Source: Octopus vulgaris
Lineage: Eukaryota
Assembly (NCBI GenBank): GCA_951406725.2
Contig: OX597815.1
Location: 6,014,001 to 6,078,000 of the forward strand
Reading direction: 5' to 3'
Length of the DNA: 64,000 bases
In this document: piece after piece, positions 50,333 to 63,545 of the stretch
How positions within the stretch are numbered: the stretch's first letter is position 1
Layout of the letters: every line of letters begins with the position of its first letter
Translations under genes and position numbers: made by a program
The notes under the pieces: model-generated
Seen by the model: only the letters and a program-made list of their open reading frames with translations
Database searches by the model: none
Told to the model about the DNA's origin: nothing

Positions 50333-51833
50333 TAGCACGCCGGGGCGAAATGCTTAGCGGTACTTCGCCTGCCGCTACGTTCTGAGTTCAAATTCCGCCG
50401 AGGTCGACTTTGCCTTTCATCCTTTTAGGGTCGATTAAATAAGTACCAGTTACGCACTGGGGTCGATATAATCGACTTAATCCCTTTGTCTGTCCTTGTT
50501 TGTCCTCTCTGTGTTTAGCCCCTTATGGGTAATAAAGAAATAGGTATTTCGTCTGCCGTTACGTTCTGAGTTCAAATTCCGCCGAGGTAGACTTTGCCTT
50601 TCATCCTTTCGGGGTCGATTAAATAAGTACCAGTTACGCACTGGGGTCGATATAATCGACTCAATCCGTTTGTCTGTCTTTGTCCTCTCTGTGTTTAGAC
50701 CCTTGTGGGTAGTAAAGAGATAGGTATTTCGTCTGCCGTTACGTTCTGAGTTCAAATTCCGCCGAGGTAGACTTTGCCTTTCATCCTTTCGGGGTCGATT
50801 AAATAAGTACCAGTTACGCACTGGGGTCGATATAATCGACTCAATCCGTTTGTCTGTCCTTGTTTGTCCTCTCTGTGTTTAGCCCTTGTGGGTAGTAAAG
50901 AGATAGGTATTTCGTCTGCTGCTACGTTCTGAGTTCAAATTCCGCCGAGGTCGACTTTGCCTTTCATCCTTTCGGGGTCGATTAAATAAGTACCAGTTAC
51001 GCACTGGGGTCGATATAATCGACTCAATCCGTTTGTCTGTCCTTGTTTGTCCTCTCTGTGTTTAGCCCCTTGTGGGTAGTAAAGAAATAGGTATTTCGTC
51101 TGCCGTTATGTTGTGAGTTCAAATTCCGCCGAGGTCGACTTTGCCTTTCATCCTTTCGGGGTCGATAAATTAAGTAGCAGTTACGCACTGGGGTCGATAT
51201 AATCGACTCAATCCGTTTGTCTGTCTTTGTTTGTCCTCTCTGTGTTTAGCCCCTTGTGGGTAGTAAAGAAATAGGTATTTCGTCTGCTGCTACGTTCTGA
51301 GTTCAAATTCCACCCAGGTAGACTTTGCCTTTCATCCTTTCGGGGTCGATTAAATAAGTACCAGTTACGCACTGGGGTCGATATAATCGACTTAATCCGT
51401 TTGTCTGTCCTTGTTTCTCCTCTCTGTGTTTAGCCCTTTGTGAGTAGTAAAGAAATAGGTATTTCGTCTGCCGTTACGTTCTGAGTTCAAATTCCGCCGA
51501 GGTCGACTTTGCCTTTCATCCTTTCGGGGTCGATTAAATAAGTACCAGTTACGCACTGGGGTCGATATAATCGATTCAATCCGTTTGTCTGTCTTTGTTT
51601 GTCCTCTCTGTGTTTAGCCCCTTGTGGGTAGTAAAGAAATAGGTATTTCGTCTGCCGTTATGTTGTGAGTTCAAATTCCGCCGAGGTCGACTTTGCCTTT
51701 CATCCTTTCGGGGTCGATTAAATAAGTACCAGTTTCGCACTGGGGTCGATGTAATCGACTCAATCCGTTTGTCTGTCTTTGTTTGTCCTCTGTGTGTTTA
51801 GCCCCTTGTGGGTAGTAAAGAAATAGGTATTTC
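50333..51833 (+). repeat. SINE family B head followed by 8 tandem ~183-bp body units
   Basis: Units start near 50359, 50543, 50723, 50905, 51090, 51274, 51458 and 51642, with junction AAAGA(A/G)ATA|GGTATTTC. Confidence 0.93.
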
Positions 51834-54800
51834 ATCCGACTTAACGTCAGAAGAAACGCCTCTAAATGCTAACCATTTTTTTCTGAGTTCAAATACCGCC
51901 AAGGTTGACTTTGTCTTTTATAGTTTCGGGGTTTTTAAAGTACCAGCTGAGCACTGGGGTCTATGTTATCGACTCACCCCTTCTCCGAAATTGCTGGCCT
52001 TGTGCCAAAATGTGAAACTAATATTGCTACATATACGACATATTATTATTAAATCAAATATATTCCTTTCTATTCTAGGTACAAGGTCTGAAATTTGTGG
52101 GGGAGGGGCTAATCGATTATATGGACCTCCAGTGCGCAACTGGTACATATTTTATCGATCCCGAATGTATGAAAGGTAAAGTTAATCTCGGTATCATTTG
52201 ATCCCAGAACGTAAAGACGGATGAAATGCCACTAAGTATTTAGTGCGGCGTGCCAAACGATTCGGCCAACTCACCACCTTGATTATCGTAATCTCTCTCT
52301 CTCTATAAAGCTGAAGTTGTCTGTGCATGGCAGGTTCGGTAGCCTTCAACTAACACTGTCTCCTCCGAGACCCTGCGGCGCAAGTTGACCAAAATTGAGA
52401 ATATGATAGAAGAAGGCTTGCTCTTCCTTCCGTAGAAGAAAAAAATTCAAATTGGACCACATTAACACCAAAAATTATTTACATCAAAAAGGTGGGGTTT
52501 TTTTCTCTGAAAATCCCTATTTTTTACGATTTTTTGACTGCTGTGTCGCAATTTTTCTGTGTATTTCAACCAGAAAAATGTTCACTTAAAGAGAATAACA
52601 AGCTACATAATGCAAAATTTTTACTTTTAAAAAATTCCAATTCTAAATGGTCGAAACAAACCCGAGCAACGCCGGGCGATACTGCTAGTAAATAATACAA
52701 CCACACCTGTTTTCTTTTACAACAGAAAATGTAGAAAATATCAAAATATTTTGAAAATATAGAAAAATAAAACAAGAAAAAGACAATTATTTTTCAATTA
52801 TTCTGTCATTGGTTTCAGTCAGTCAAAGAATATAGCCATTCCGAGGAACTACAACGGGTTTTCTGTGCCGAAAAAACAACCCACTTCAAATTGGCTGCAA
52901 CTGAAGGGAACCATAAATTTGTGTCTATTAAATAACTATTTGCATTTATAAGCGGGTGGAAGGGAAATGATTGCCATGTAATCCAAGAAAGGCTTTACTA
53001 TAGGTGCACGCATGGCTATGTGGTAAGAATCTTGCTTCCCAACCATATGGTTCCGGGCTCAGTTCTACTGCGTTGTACCTTGGGCAAATGTCTTCTATTA
53101 TAGGCCGAGGCGGGCCGAAGCCTTCTGAGTGGAGTCAGTAAACGGAAACTGGAAGAAGCCCGTTATGTATATCATATCTACATTTAGCCATTCGCTAAGT
53201 GACAACTCCACCCGCTGGAATATGATGGAATTGTCAGATTTCCTGCCGGAAAACAGGCGGATTTACTTTCCCTGGTAGTCCAGGTCTAAAACACGTCCAC
53301 AGTCGACGGCACTTACCAATTCTAATACACTGGTATTGCTAGAAATACCCTTTTGTTTGAAACAGTTGAAAAATATACGTTCGGCAATACTCTCCGAGAT
53401 AAACAGTATCTGAGTAAAAGTAAGATTGGATGGCCATGGCTAGAAAGTCTAGGTGGTATGTCTGCTCAGTTAAGGTTAACCTGGAAATAAATGGCAGCAG
53501 ATAAAACTGAGTGATTTTAAGGAATTGCTTCTTCGGATCTCTTCAGTTTCGCTCACAGATTTTTTAATTATTTTTTAACTAAACAGTTTGAAACTTCGTA
53601 TACTGGTGTAATTTCTCACGCTGAACACGGTTTACTTTCAACCTTTTTGACAAAATTTCGTATTTTGTAAGTTATTTCGTGTTAAAGTTGTCGTATTTGA
53701 GTAATTCTAACCAATCAACGACATGTATTCATCTGAAGAAAGTTACTGCTGTTTGCGAAAGTAATCGACGAGCAACAGCTTCCGGGTCATTTCTACTGAA
53801 TGTCACCATTTTGTTCTATTTTATTTTTGTTTACTGCCTGTGTTGCATATTACACACTTTGTTTGGTTTTGTTTTGTTTTTGGGGTGCTGTGTTTACAGA
53901 AAGCCCTACAAGACACAGCCAAGTAACACTCTTTGTTTCTTCTGCCTGTGACCTTCCACAGGTCGAAAAATTCTAAAACTACATTCTTCAATCAACCAGT
54001 TTCGTCAAGGATGTTCTATAACACTGCTTCACCATTTCGTACAAGCAAGTTTATCCATCAAACACTATCATAGTTTGATGGAACCTTCCTTCAGTTCTTC
54101 AAAATATTCAATTATTCTTTTACTTGTTTCAGTCATTAGGCTGCGGCCATGCTGGGGCTCCGCCTTGAAGAATTTCTAGACAAACGAATCGACCCCAGTA
54201 CTCGTGTTTTTAAAGCATGGTGCCTATTCTATCGTTCTCTTTTGCCGAACTGCTAAGTTACGGGGACGTTAACATACCAACAAGTGGTGGTGGGGACGAA
54301 GACACACAAACAGACAGACAGACGACGGGCTTCTTTCAGTTTCCATCCACCAAATCCAGTCACAAGGCTTTGGTCGGCCCGAGGCTATAAGACATTTGCC
54401 CAAGGTGCCATGCAGTGGGACTGAAACCGGGGCCATGTTGTTGGGAAGCAAGTTCCTTACCACACAGCCAAGCCTGCGCTTGTATATCTCCTTTTTCTCC
54501 AAAGTGGGTCATGAAAATCAAAATGCAATCAAATTGCATGGAAAAATTTTATTTAAAATTGATTTTCGTTTTGTTGTGGATAGGAAAGGAAAAAATGCAT
54601 TTCAATATTGGATAAAAGAATACCGAAAAAAACAACAAGAAAGTAATTTTTATGAAACTATTTTAGGCTACAACATAAACGATAAAATGTTTACAACAGA
54701 ACAATACACAATGAATTTAACGAACTTTTTAAATATTACAGACTAGCAGTATCGCCCGGCGTTGCTCGGGTTTGTAAGGGAAATAACTATATAAGCATTT

Positions 54801-56114
54801 TTAGCGATGTAAAGTATAATAGCCATCTCAATATGGCTAACCACAAAGGGTGGGGGGTGTTACTGTAGCTTTTTACGTTCTGAGATTTAATAATAATTTT
54901 TTAGAGTTACTTCCTTTACATATGCCAAAAATGCATTAAAAATGGGAAAAATTGATGGTAATTTTTTTTTTAAATCGTAGACTCATCGTAGACGCGCGCT
55001 AATACCCAGAAGGGCTCGATATGAATCACGACTATAAGATACCCGGTTTTGGTTAAACTGCACCGCAAAATGTGGGAGTAGTTAGGAATCTAAATCGTAG
55101 GAGACAGACAGCACACAACCCCTCTTTTATATATAAAGATTAATCTCGTTTGTCTTTTGATGGCGGCGGTGGTAAAGAAACATTGCACTGCTGGAATGTG
55201 TGACTGTCGCAAGTAATTCTTCTAAGTTATATAATAACGATGCACTAACATTTACAGAAATCAATAAACGAGCAGCAGACGACAGAGAAAGAGTTAATGT
55301 CTTCACGAACTGCGATTCGAATAGAGATCGATAGCAATGAAGCTGGTCATATGACATTTTCTTTTCAAGCTTCCAAAGTCATTTTAGAAGGGCGATGGAT
55401 ATATATCTATTGTATTCGTTTCTCCACACAGCGAAGCCTTTTCAGCATGATGGCTGATCCAACCTAATTTCTTGAACAAGGAGTATCGATAACCACAAAG
55501 CTTTTGTCTATGATTCAATTACTCTTGGATTAACCCACAACAATGTGTTTTATCCTTTGTTTAAAGATGGCGCCGATAAAAACTGTGCAGCTCCGTCCAG
55601 CATCCTATATGAATGTGTGCGCTTCTGTTTGGATAGATGTTTAGGTGCAGGCTTCTCTCTGTACAAATAGGCACAGACGCAGCTGTGTGGAAAGAGACTT
55701 GCTTCACAAACGTACGGTTTCAGGTTCAGTCCCACTGCGTGACACCTTGGGCAAGTGTGTTCTACTATAAGCCTCGAGCCGATCAAAGCCTTGTGAGTGG
55801 ATTTGGTAGACGGAAACTGAAAGAAGCCCATCGTATATGTACGCATAAGTGTGCTTGTCTCTTCGTCCTCCACCACCGCTTGACGACCGGTTTTGGTGTG
55901 TTTACGTCTCCGTAATGAAGCGGTTCGCCAAAAGAGGCCGATAGAAAAGTACTAGACTGTTAAAAAAATATATACTGGGGGTCGATTCATTCGACTAAAA
56001 ATTCTCCAAGGCGGTGCCCCAGCGTGACCGGAGTCCAATGACTGAATAGAGCAGAAGGTAAAAGATAAAAGCTATTTGTTTCAACGGAGAACTTGTTTGC
56101 CGTGTTAGGATTGT

Positions 56115-56950
56115 AGCAGACAGAAACGTTAGCACGTCGGGCGAAATGCTTAGCGGTATAACGTCTGCCGCTATGTTTTGAGTTCAAATTCCACCGAGGT
56201 CGACTTTGTCTTTCATCCTTTCGGGGTCAATTAAATAAGTACCAGTTACGCATTGGGGTCGATATAATCGACTTAATCCGTTTGTCTGTCCTTGTTTGTC
56301 CTCTGTGTTTAGCCCCTTGCGGGTAGTAAAGAAATAGGTATTTCACCTGCCGCTACGTTCTGATTTCAAATTCCGCCGAGGTCGACTTTGCCTTTCATTC
56401 TTTCGGGGTCGATTAAATAAGTACCAGTTACACACTGGGGTCGATATAATCGACTTAATCCGTTTGTCTGTCTTTGTTTGTCCTCTCTGTGTTTAGTCCC
56501 TTGTGGGTAGTAAAGAAATAGGTATTTCGCCTGCCGCTACGTTCTGAGTTCAAATTCCGCCGAGGTCGACTTTGCCTTTCATCCTCTCGGGGTCGATTAA
56601 ATAAGTACCAGTTACGCACTGGGGTCGATATAATCGATTTAATCTGTTTGCCTATCCTTGTTTGTCCTCTCTGTGTTTAGCCCCTTGTGGGTAGTAAAGA
56701 AAATATACAGGGTATATATATATATATATATATATTTCTTTATTGCCCACAAGGGGCTAAACACAGAGGAGACAAACAAAAACAGACAAAGGGATTAAGT
56801 CGATTACATCGACCCCAATGTGTAACTGGTACTTTATTTATCGACCCCGAAAGGATGAAAGGCAAAGTCGACCTCGGCGGAATTTGAACTCAGAACGTAG
56901 CGGCAGACGAAATACCGCAAAGCATTTCACCCGGCGTGCTAACGATTCCT
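56115..56950. mobile_element. SINE family B trimer (56115-56702 +) tail-to-tail with a monomer (56735-56950 -)
   Basis: Same unit and junction as above. The inverted copy follows a ~30-nt TA-rich spacer. Confidence 0.9.
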
Positions 56951-57519
56951 CCCCTTGCCGCCTATTTGTGTAAATCTGCATCTGTGTGAACGCGCGCGCA
57001 CGTATGTATAACTCTTTATGAAAGCAATCCTTATATTTCATGCAAAACGAAATAAATATTTTTAGCATAAAACGGGACGGTTGTGAACATTGAGAATATT
57101 AACAAAATTTTCTAGAATTCAAAACAATAAATGAACAATATTGGGGTTTGTTATATATATATATATATATAAAAAACACGTGTTCTAGATTAAGTAGGGT
57201 TCGAGATAAACATCAACTCAGTTTCTGGTGCCGAGATTCTCTAAAGAAACACTCTCTGTCTGTAGCGTCCAGCTGAAAATTAGGAACAACTTGTAAAAAG
57301 GAAGAATATGTAACTATTAATACACATCGAATATAACATCAAAACTACGACGGCTTTTTTTTTTTTTTTTTTTTTTTAGGGAAACTGTTGAATAAGGGTA
57401 AATAGTTCAGAGAGTTTGTGGGGTCCCTGTTTGCAAAATAATCTTTTAGTTCTGGCTGGGAAGACAATAACGGACTATTTTTTATCAGTGAAGCGAAGAA
57501 CGTATTGTGTTTTTGAAGA

Positions 57520-57570
<51 letters not shown>

Positions 57571-57578
57571 ACATATAT

Positions 57579-57638
57579 ATACTAGTGTGCAGAATATTTT
57601 GGGATACTAAATGATAGCATACACCAAATCTACGCCAC

Positions 57639-57712
<74 letters not shown>

Positions 57713-57853
57713 TATAAATATATATATACATAGATATATATATATATATATACATTTATATATACATATATATATATGTATATATATATATATGTATACA
57801 TATATATATACATTTATATATACATATATATATATGTATGTATATATATATGT

Positions 57854-57907
<54 letters not shown>

Positions 57908-57964
57908 ATACTAGTGTGCAAAATATTTTGGGATACTAAATGATAGCCTACACCAAATCTACGC

Positions 57965-57967
<3 letters not shown>
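57579..57967. repeat. Two copies of a ~60-bp unit separated and followed by (TA)n
   Basis: ATACTAGTGTGCA(G/A)AATATTTTGGGATACTAAATGATAGC(A/C)TACACCAAATCTACGCCAC at 57579-57638 and 57908-57967. Confidence 0.9.
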
Positions 57968-58046
<79 letters not shown>

Positions 58047-58699
58047 ACTGCCTACACATGTAATGTTTATTTCGCTCAAGAATCTAAGAATCTAATGTTA
58101 AGTGAAGCCAGATCTCAGCTGGATACCATAATTCCAGAATTATAGTTGGCCGCCAAGTTGAATAAATAGGTTAAAGAAATACATTTGAATGACGTCCAAT
58201 AAAAGAATTGATAACGCTATTGTAGATGTTGTTGGAGATAGATCGCTTTAGTCTCTGGGTGTGGGTCTGTTGGATGGTCTGACGTGTGTAGGAAGGGATG
58301 GGTGACTGGCCATAGCTTTTTTCATTCCTTCTTTGGCAGAGCGTTGCCAAAGATACTGCAGAATGTTAGTGCTTTTGACGTTTAGGTAGAATTTTTGCAT
58401 TTTTGAGGAACATATGGAATGGAGAGAGAGAGGAACTGGTCAAAAGGAATGCACTTCTGAGAATGAAAACCTGGTGAAATGACGAGACACCATTTTTAGC
58501 GATAATAAGAGCCATTTTTTTTCCTCACTTCGAATTAGATATCATATAGGTGTAGGCGTGGCTATGTGGTAAGAAGTTTGCTTCTCAACCACAAGGTTCC
58601 GGGTTCAGTACCTCTGCGTGGCATCTTGGGCAGATGCCCTTCACGTTCAAAGTCTTGTGAGTGAATTTGGTAGGCGGAAAGTGAAACTGAAGGAAGCCC

Positions 58700-58745
<46 letters not shown>

Positions 58746-59444
58746 GTGGTTAGGCCTCAACAAATAGAATAGTGGAGGCACATGGCCTAGTGGTTAGAGC
58801 AGCGAACTCGCGGTCGAAGGGGCGCGGGTTCGAATCTCAGATCAGGCGATGTGTGTGCTTATGACCGAAACACCTAAGCTTCCCGCGGCTCCGGCAGAAG
58901 GTAATGGCGAACTTCTGTTGACTCTTTCACCACAACTTTCTCTCACTCTTTCCTCCTGCATCTTGCAGCTCACCTGCGACGGACCGGCGTCCAGTCCAGG
59001 TGGGGAACCTATACGCCAAGGAAACCGGGAAACCGGCCCTTATGAGCCAGGCATGGCTCGAGAAGGAACAAACAAAATAGTACCCGATCAGCTAAGAGAG
59101 TAAAGATAATGTTATAATGAAACTCAACGAGTCTTGTAAAATACAGCTACCCAGGGTTTCGTGGTCGAAACATTTATTTCGCCATTTTTCATAACGACAT
59201 ACCAAGAGAGGTAACTCTGTAAGTGAATGAGCTATCGCGTCGTAAGTGAACAAATGTGTTGACAGATGGATGGGTGATTGAGCTTTGGGTGAATGAGTGA
59301 TGGTTTCATGACTGGATAGATGAGCGAATGTGAGACAGGACGAGTGAGAACGAGTGTTTGCGTGTAACAGCGATGAGTGACAGTGTAGGAGCGAGAATCA
59401 TAAAAAGAAAATAACGACTGATGTTGTGTATGGTTGAGTATATA

Positions 59445-60718
59445 CAGGGGTTGGACAAAATAATGAAAACACCTTAAAATTTCAAACAAATTTATTTTAA
59501 TATGGGCTAGGACTGCCTTTGGTAGTAATTTCAGCTTAAATTCTACGAGGTATGGTCTCGTATAAAGTTTGAATTGTTTCCAAAGGAATTTCTGTCCATT
59601 CTTCAGCTAAAACAGTCTCCAGTTCTTGTAGTGATGATGGTGGAGGATATCGACTCCTTACTTGTTTTCTAAAATGCACCATAAATGTTCAATAATATTG
59701 AGATCTGGGGACAGTGGTGGCCAGATAAGATGTTCAACTTCACTAGAATGTTCCTCGTGCCATTCAGTAACAATTTTAGCTGTGTGAATTGGTGCATTAT
59801 CATCCTGAAAGATTGAATTTCCTTCTGGAAACAGTTCCGAAACCATTGGACGAATTTGATCAGATAAAATGTTTAAATAGTCTTGACTATTAATTCTGCC
59901 ATGAAGGGAAACCATTGGGCTGGTGGATTTCCAAGATATAGCCCCCACCAAATTATCACAGATCCTCCTCCATGTTTAACAGTTGGAAGAAGGCAGTCTG
60001 GGTCAAATGCTTCTTTTAGCTGTCTCCACACGTATACTCGGCCGGTGGTCGGAAATAAGGTAAAGGATGACTCGTCCGAGAAAATAACCTTCTTCCACTA
60101 CTCTAGGAACCAATTCTGTAGGTTTTTACTCCACTCTAAACGCGTTGCAACGTTTGTTTTTGAAAGTAGTGGTTTTCTGATTGCAGCTCTCTTGTGAAAT
60201 CTGTCTTTGTGCAGCTCTCGGTGAACAGTTTTTGTGGAAACTGGGTTCTCGGAGTGGTCATTACGCTCTGCAGTAATTTTGGGAGCTGTACTTTTGTGAT
60301 CCTTTCTAACAATTGACGTAAGAGTCCGACGGTCCCTATCTGAAAGTTTTTGTTTTCTTCCGGAGTTTTGTTTTGACGAGGAGGTTTTTCCCTCTTTCTC
60401 AAAGGCTGTCATTACTTTCGAGACAGTACTTCTTGATACACCAAACATTTCGGCTGTTTTCGTTACGTTAGCGCCAGCCATACGAGCATCAACAATTTGA
60501 CCTCTTTGAAAGTCCGATAGACCTGTCATTTTAATGAATTTTAATTACATTTTTCTGATGATATCTGAAAAGAAACAGCAATTTTAGCAAACCATATTAA
60601 GCAACACTAATAATAAATCAAAAAACATAAAAATAAAGAAGCTTTTGATGGTTTTATAGATATTTCAAAATTATGATGTTATGATGCTAGATGTTTCCAT
60701 TATTTTATCCAACCCCAG
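59445..60718 (-). mobile_element. Full-length Tc1-type transposon with DD36E spacing (Incomer-like); transposase lightly disabled
   Basis: TA|CAGGGGTTGGACAAAATAATGAAAACA ... TGTTTCCATTATTTTATCCAACCCCAG|TA. ATG at 60529 gives MTGLSDFQRGQIV..., then a stop at 60098, VIFSDES, VKHGGGS, a frameshift, and FQDDNAPIH...WPPLSPDLNIIE with 36 residues from D to E. Confidence 0.92.
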
Positions 60719-60929
60719 TATGTGAACACATACATATGTGGACGAATATAAGGGTGTGTCTCTTAACAATTAACAATGCGAGTTAAAGACAATAATGAAT
60801 TTAGGAAATGCCAAGAAAAATTTGCTTTTTTATTTCTCCCAATTTCAACTTCTTTGAGTTCTGAAGACTTTGGAATAAAATAATTCTAATGAAAATATCA
60901 CCACCCTTACATTTTCTTAGAGTTTCTGT

Positions 60930-61441
60930 AGCTTAGTCATCTTTCGTGTGAGTGGAGCTCACCTAGTCATCTCTCAGGTGTATATAGTTTACCTAATCAT
61001 TCTCCAGGTGTATGTAACTTACTTAACCATGTTTCAGGTATCTAGCTTACCAAATCATGTCTCAGGTGAGTGTAGCATACCTAGCCATCTCTAAGGTGTG
61101 TTTTGCTTACCTTGTCATTTTTCGGGTGAGTGTAGTTTATCTATTCATCTGTCATACCTAACCATCTCTCAGGTGTGTGTAACGTACCTAACCATCTCTC
61201 AGGTGTCTGTAACATACCTAACCATCTCTCAGATGTGTGTAGCATACCTAACCATCTCACAGGTGTATATAGTTCTACCTTGCCATCACTCGGGTATCTG
61301 TAACTTACCTAGCCATCTTTCGGGTGTATATAGTTTACCTAGCTATTTCTCAGGTATGTGTAGCTCACCTAGTCATCTTTCGGGTACCTATACCTTACCT
61401 ACCTTTCTCTCAGGTGTATATAGCTCACTTAACCAGTTCTC
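60930..61441. repeat. Diverged 30-bp minisatellite, about 16-17 units
   Basis: Consensus approximately ACCTA(A/G)CCATCTCTCAGGTGT(A/G)TGTAGCTT. Confidence 0.88.
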
Positions 61442-62016
61442 ACAATACAGTCATACCTTACTGCACATTCATTGTTGCTTAGCCCTAGGTCAAACCTGAC
61501 TGAGCAGATCTATGATCAAAAGCGTTCCAGACACGACAATATAGTCTTTTTTAGTTTTTACTTTTCTTCTTTTTTTTTCCTTCAGGTATCGTGCATATTA
61601 GAGTACATTATCCACACAATTTTTTTTAAGAGTGTAGAATGTGATTTGAATAAAACTCGACTGCTGTTTCTAGCATGTCGAACAACATCAGAAAGAAACC
61701 CTACGTTTGAGCACAGCTGTTTCATAGCTTTTGTTCGTTTAAGATACTAAACTGTCAATTAAGACTCCAGAATGGCCGCTAGCATTCAATTATTTTTATT
61801 TTATTGTCTATGGCACCGGCATGGCTGGGTGGTCAAGTAGCTCCCTTTGCGACCATGCTGTTTCGGGTTCAGTACCACTACGCGGCACTGTGAGCAAGCG
61901 TTTTGAACTATAACCCTGGGCCAACCAACGCCTTCTGTGTGAATCTGGTCAACGGAAAGCCCGTCGTATGTGTATATGTATATGTGTGTGTGTATATATA
62001 TGCGTGTGTATGTATG

Positions 62017-62063
<47 letters not shown>

Positions 62064-62076
62064 GTGTGCGTATGTA

Positions 62077-62122
<46 letters not shown>

Positions 62123-62346
62123 TATACTTATATATGTACGCATGTATATGCATCTGTGTGCGTGCGTGTGTGTGTGTGTGTGTGTGTGTGCGTGTATTCT
62201 TTTACTTGTTTCAGTTATCAGATTGCGGCCACCCTGGGGCACCTCCTTGAAGAATTTTATTCGAAACGAATCAACCCCGGTCCTGGTACGGTCGCAGTTC
62301 AAAATATAAAAGGACAATGTGTGTGTGTGTATGTGCCTGTGTGTGC

Positions 62347-62399
<53 letters not shown>

Positions 62400-62914
62400 C
62401 GTGTGTGTGTGTGCGTGCGTGCGTCACGCGGCTGTGATGCTTTGCATGTAAGCCGCCGTGTAACATATTTCCACATGCAAACGTTTCCCTCCTTGACACG
62501 GTTTCGCACTAAAAGACATCTTCATCTTCGCAGAAGAGAGCAGGATTATTATTGTTCCATTGTGTTCCCATGGATTTAATTATATTTGCCACATTCCAAG
62601 CACAATAAACTTCTCAGACAAGACAACTGCGCTATTGTTGGTGTCTGAGAGATTCCTGCAGACCGTTCTGCTGATGCGAACGACGGTTTGTATTCAACAA
62701 GGAAGGAGTGGGGGTGGACAGTGCAAATGTGTGTGAGAGGGGCATGTGTGTGTGAGCACTTGGCATTATGTGTACGTGTGTGTGTGTATGTATGTGTGTG
62801 TGTGTATGTGGCGATGTATGAGTGAGTGCACGAGTAGAAATGCTTGTGTGTGTGTATGTGTGTGGCAATAGGAATTAGTGTTCGAGTGCGGGTATGTGTG
62901 TGGTGGGGTGGGTA

Positions 62915-63006
62915 CAGTGTGTGTGTGTGTGTGTTAGTGTGTGAGCAAGTGAAAATACGTGTGTGTGTGTGTGTGTGTGTGTGTTAGTGTGTGAGCAAGT
63001 GAGAAT

Positions 63007-63037
<31 letters not shown>

Positions 63038-63102
63038 AGCAAGTGAGAATACGTGTGTGTATGTGTGTGTGTGTGTGTGTTAGTGTGTGAGCAAGTGAGA
63101 AT

Positions 63103-63144
<42 letters not shown>

Positions 63145-63439
63145 GTGTGTGAGCAAGTGAGAATAAGTGTCTGTGTGTGTGTGTGTGTGCACAATGTATG
63201 TGTGTCAGTATCTGTATAGGCGCGTGTGTGGAGGTTAGTATGTATGTGTGTGTGTGTGTGCTTATACGGAGTTGCGGGTGGAAGCCGAAACGTGTGTGTT
63301 GTGTGTGTGTGTGCATAAGTGGGTATATGTGGGAGTGCGTGGGAGGAGAATGCATAAGTATGTGTATATTTATGTGTGTATATATATGTGTTTATTTGTG
63401 TGGGGGCGTTTGTATATTTACGTGCTTGTGTGTGTGTGT

Positions 63440-63482
<43 letters not shown>

Positions 63483-63507
63483 TGTTGAGGTGCGGGTGTT
63501 GCGATGT

Positions 63508-63545
<38 letters not shown>

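Noticed and set aside
50333-51833. CRISPR-like or tRNA-gene array
   Set aside because: Units are contiguous near-identical SINE bodies with no unique spacers, no cas genes and no full cloverleaf. The context is eukaryotic.
55140-55620. Possible exon or transposase relic in unique sequence
   Set aside because: The frames I read are interrupted and show no motif I can name with confidence.
58080-58500. Old LINE fragment on the minus strand
   Set aside because: Only a vague resemblance; too decayed to support by eye.
58772-58845. Functional tRNA gene (also other SINE heads)
   Set aside because: A/B boxes are present, but the sequence continues into a repeated SINE body with no acceptor stem closure or poly-T terminator.
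59105-59140. Hammerhead 3' half GAAACTCAACGAGTC
   Set aside because: No CUGANGA or stem I/II partner upstream.
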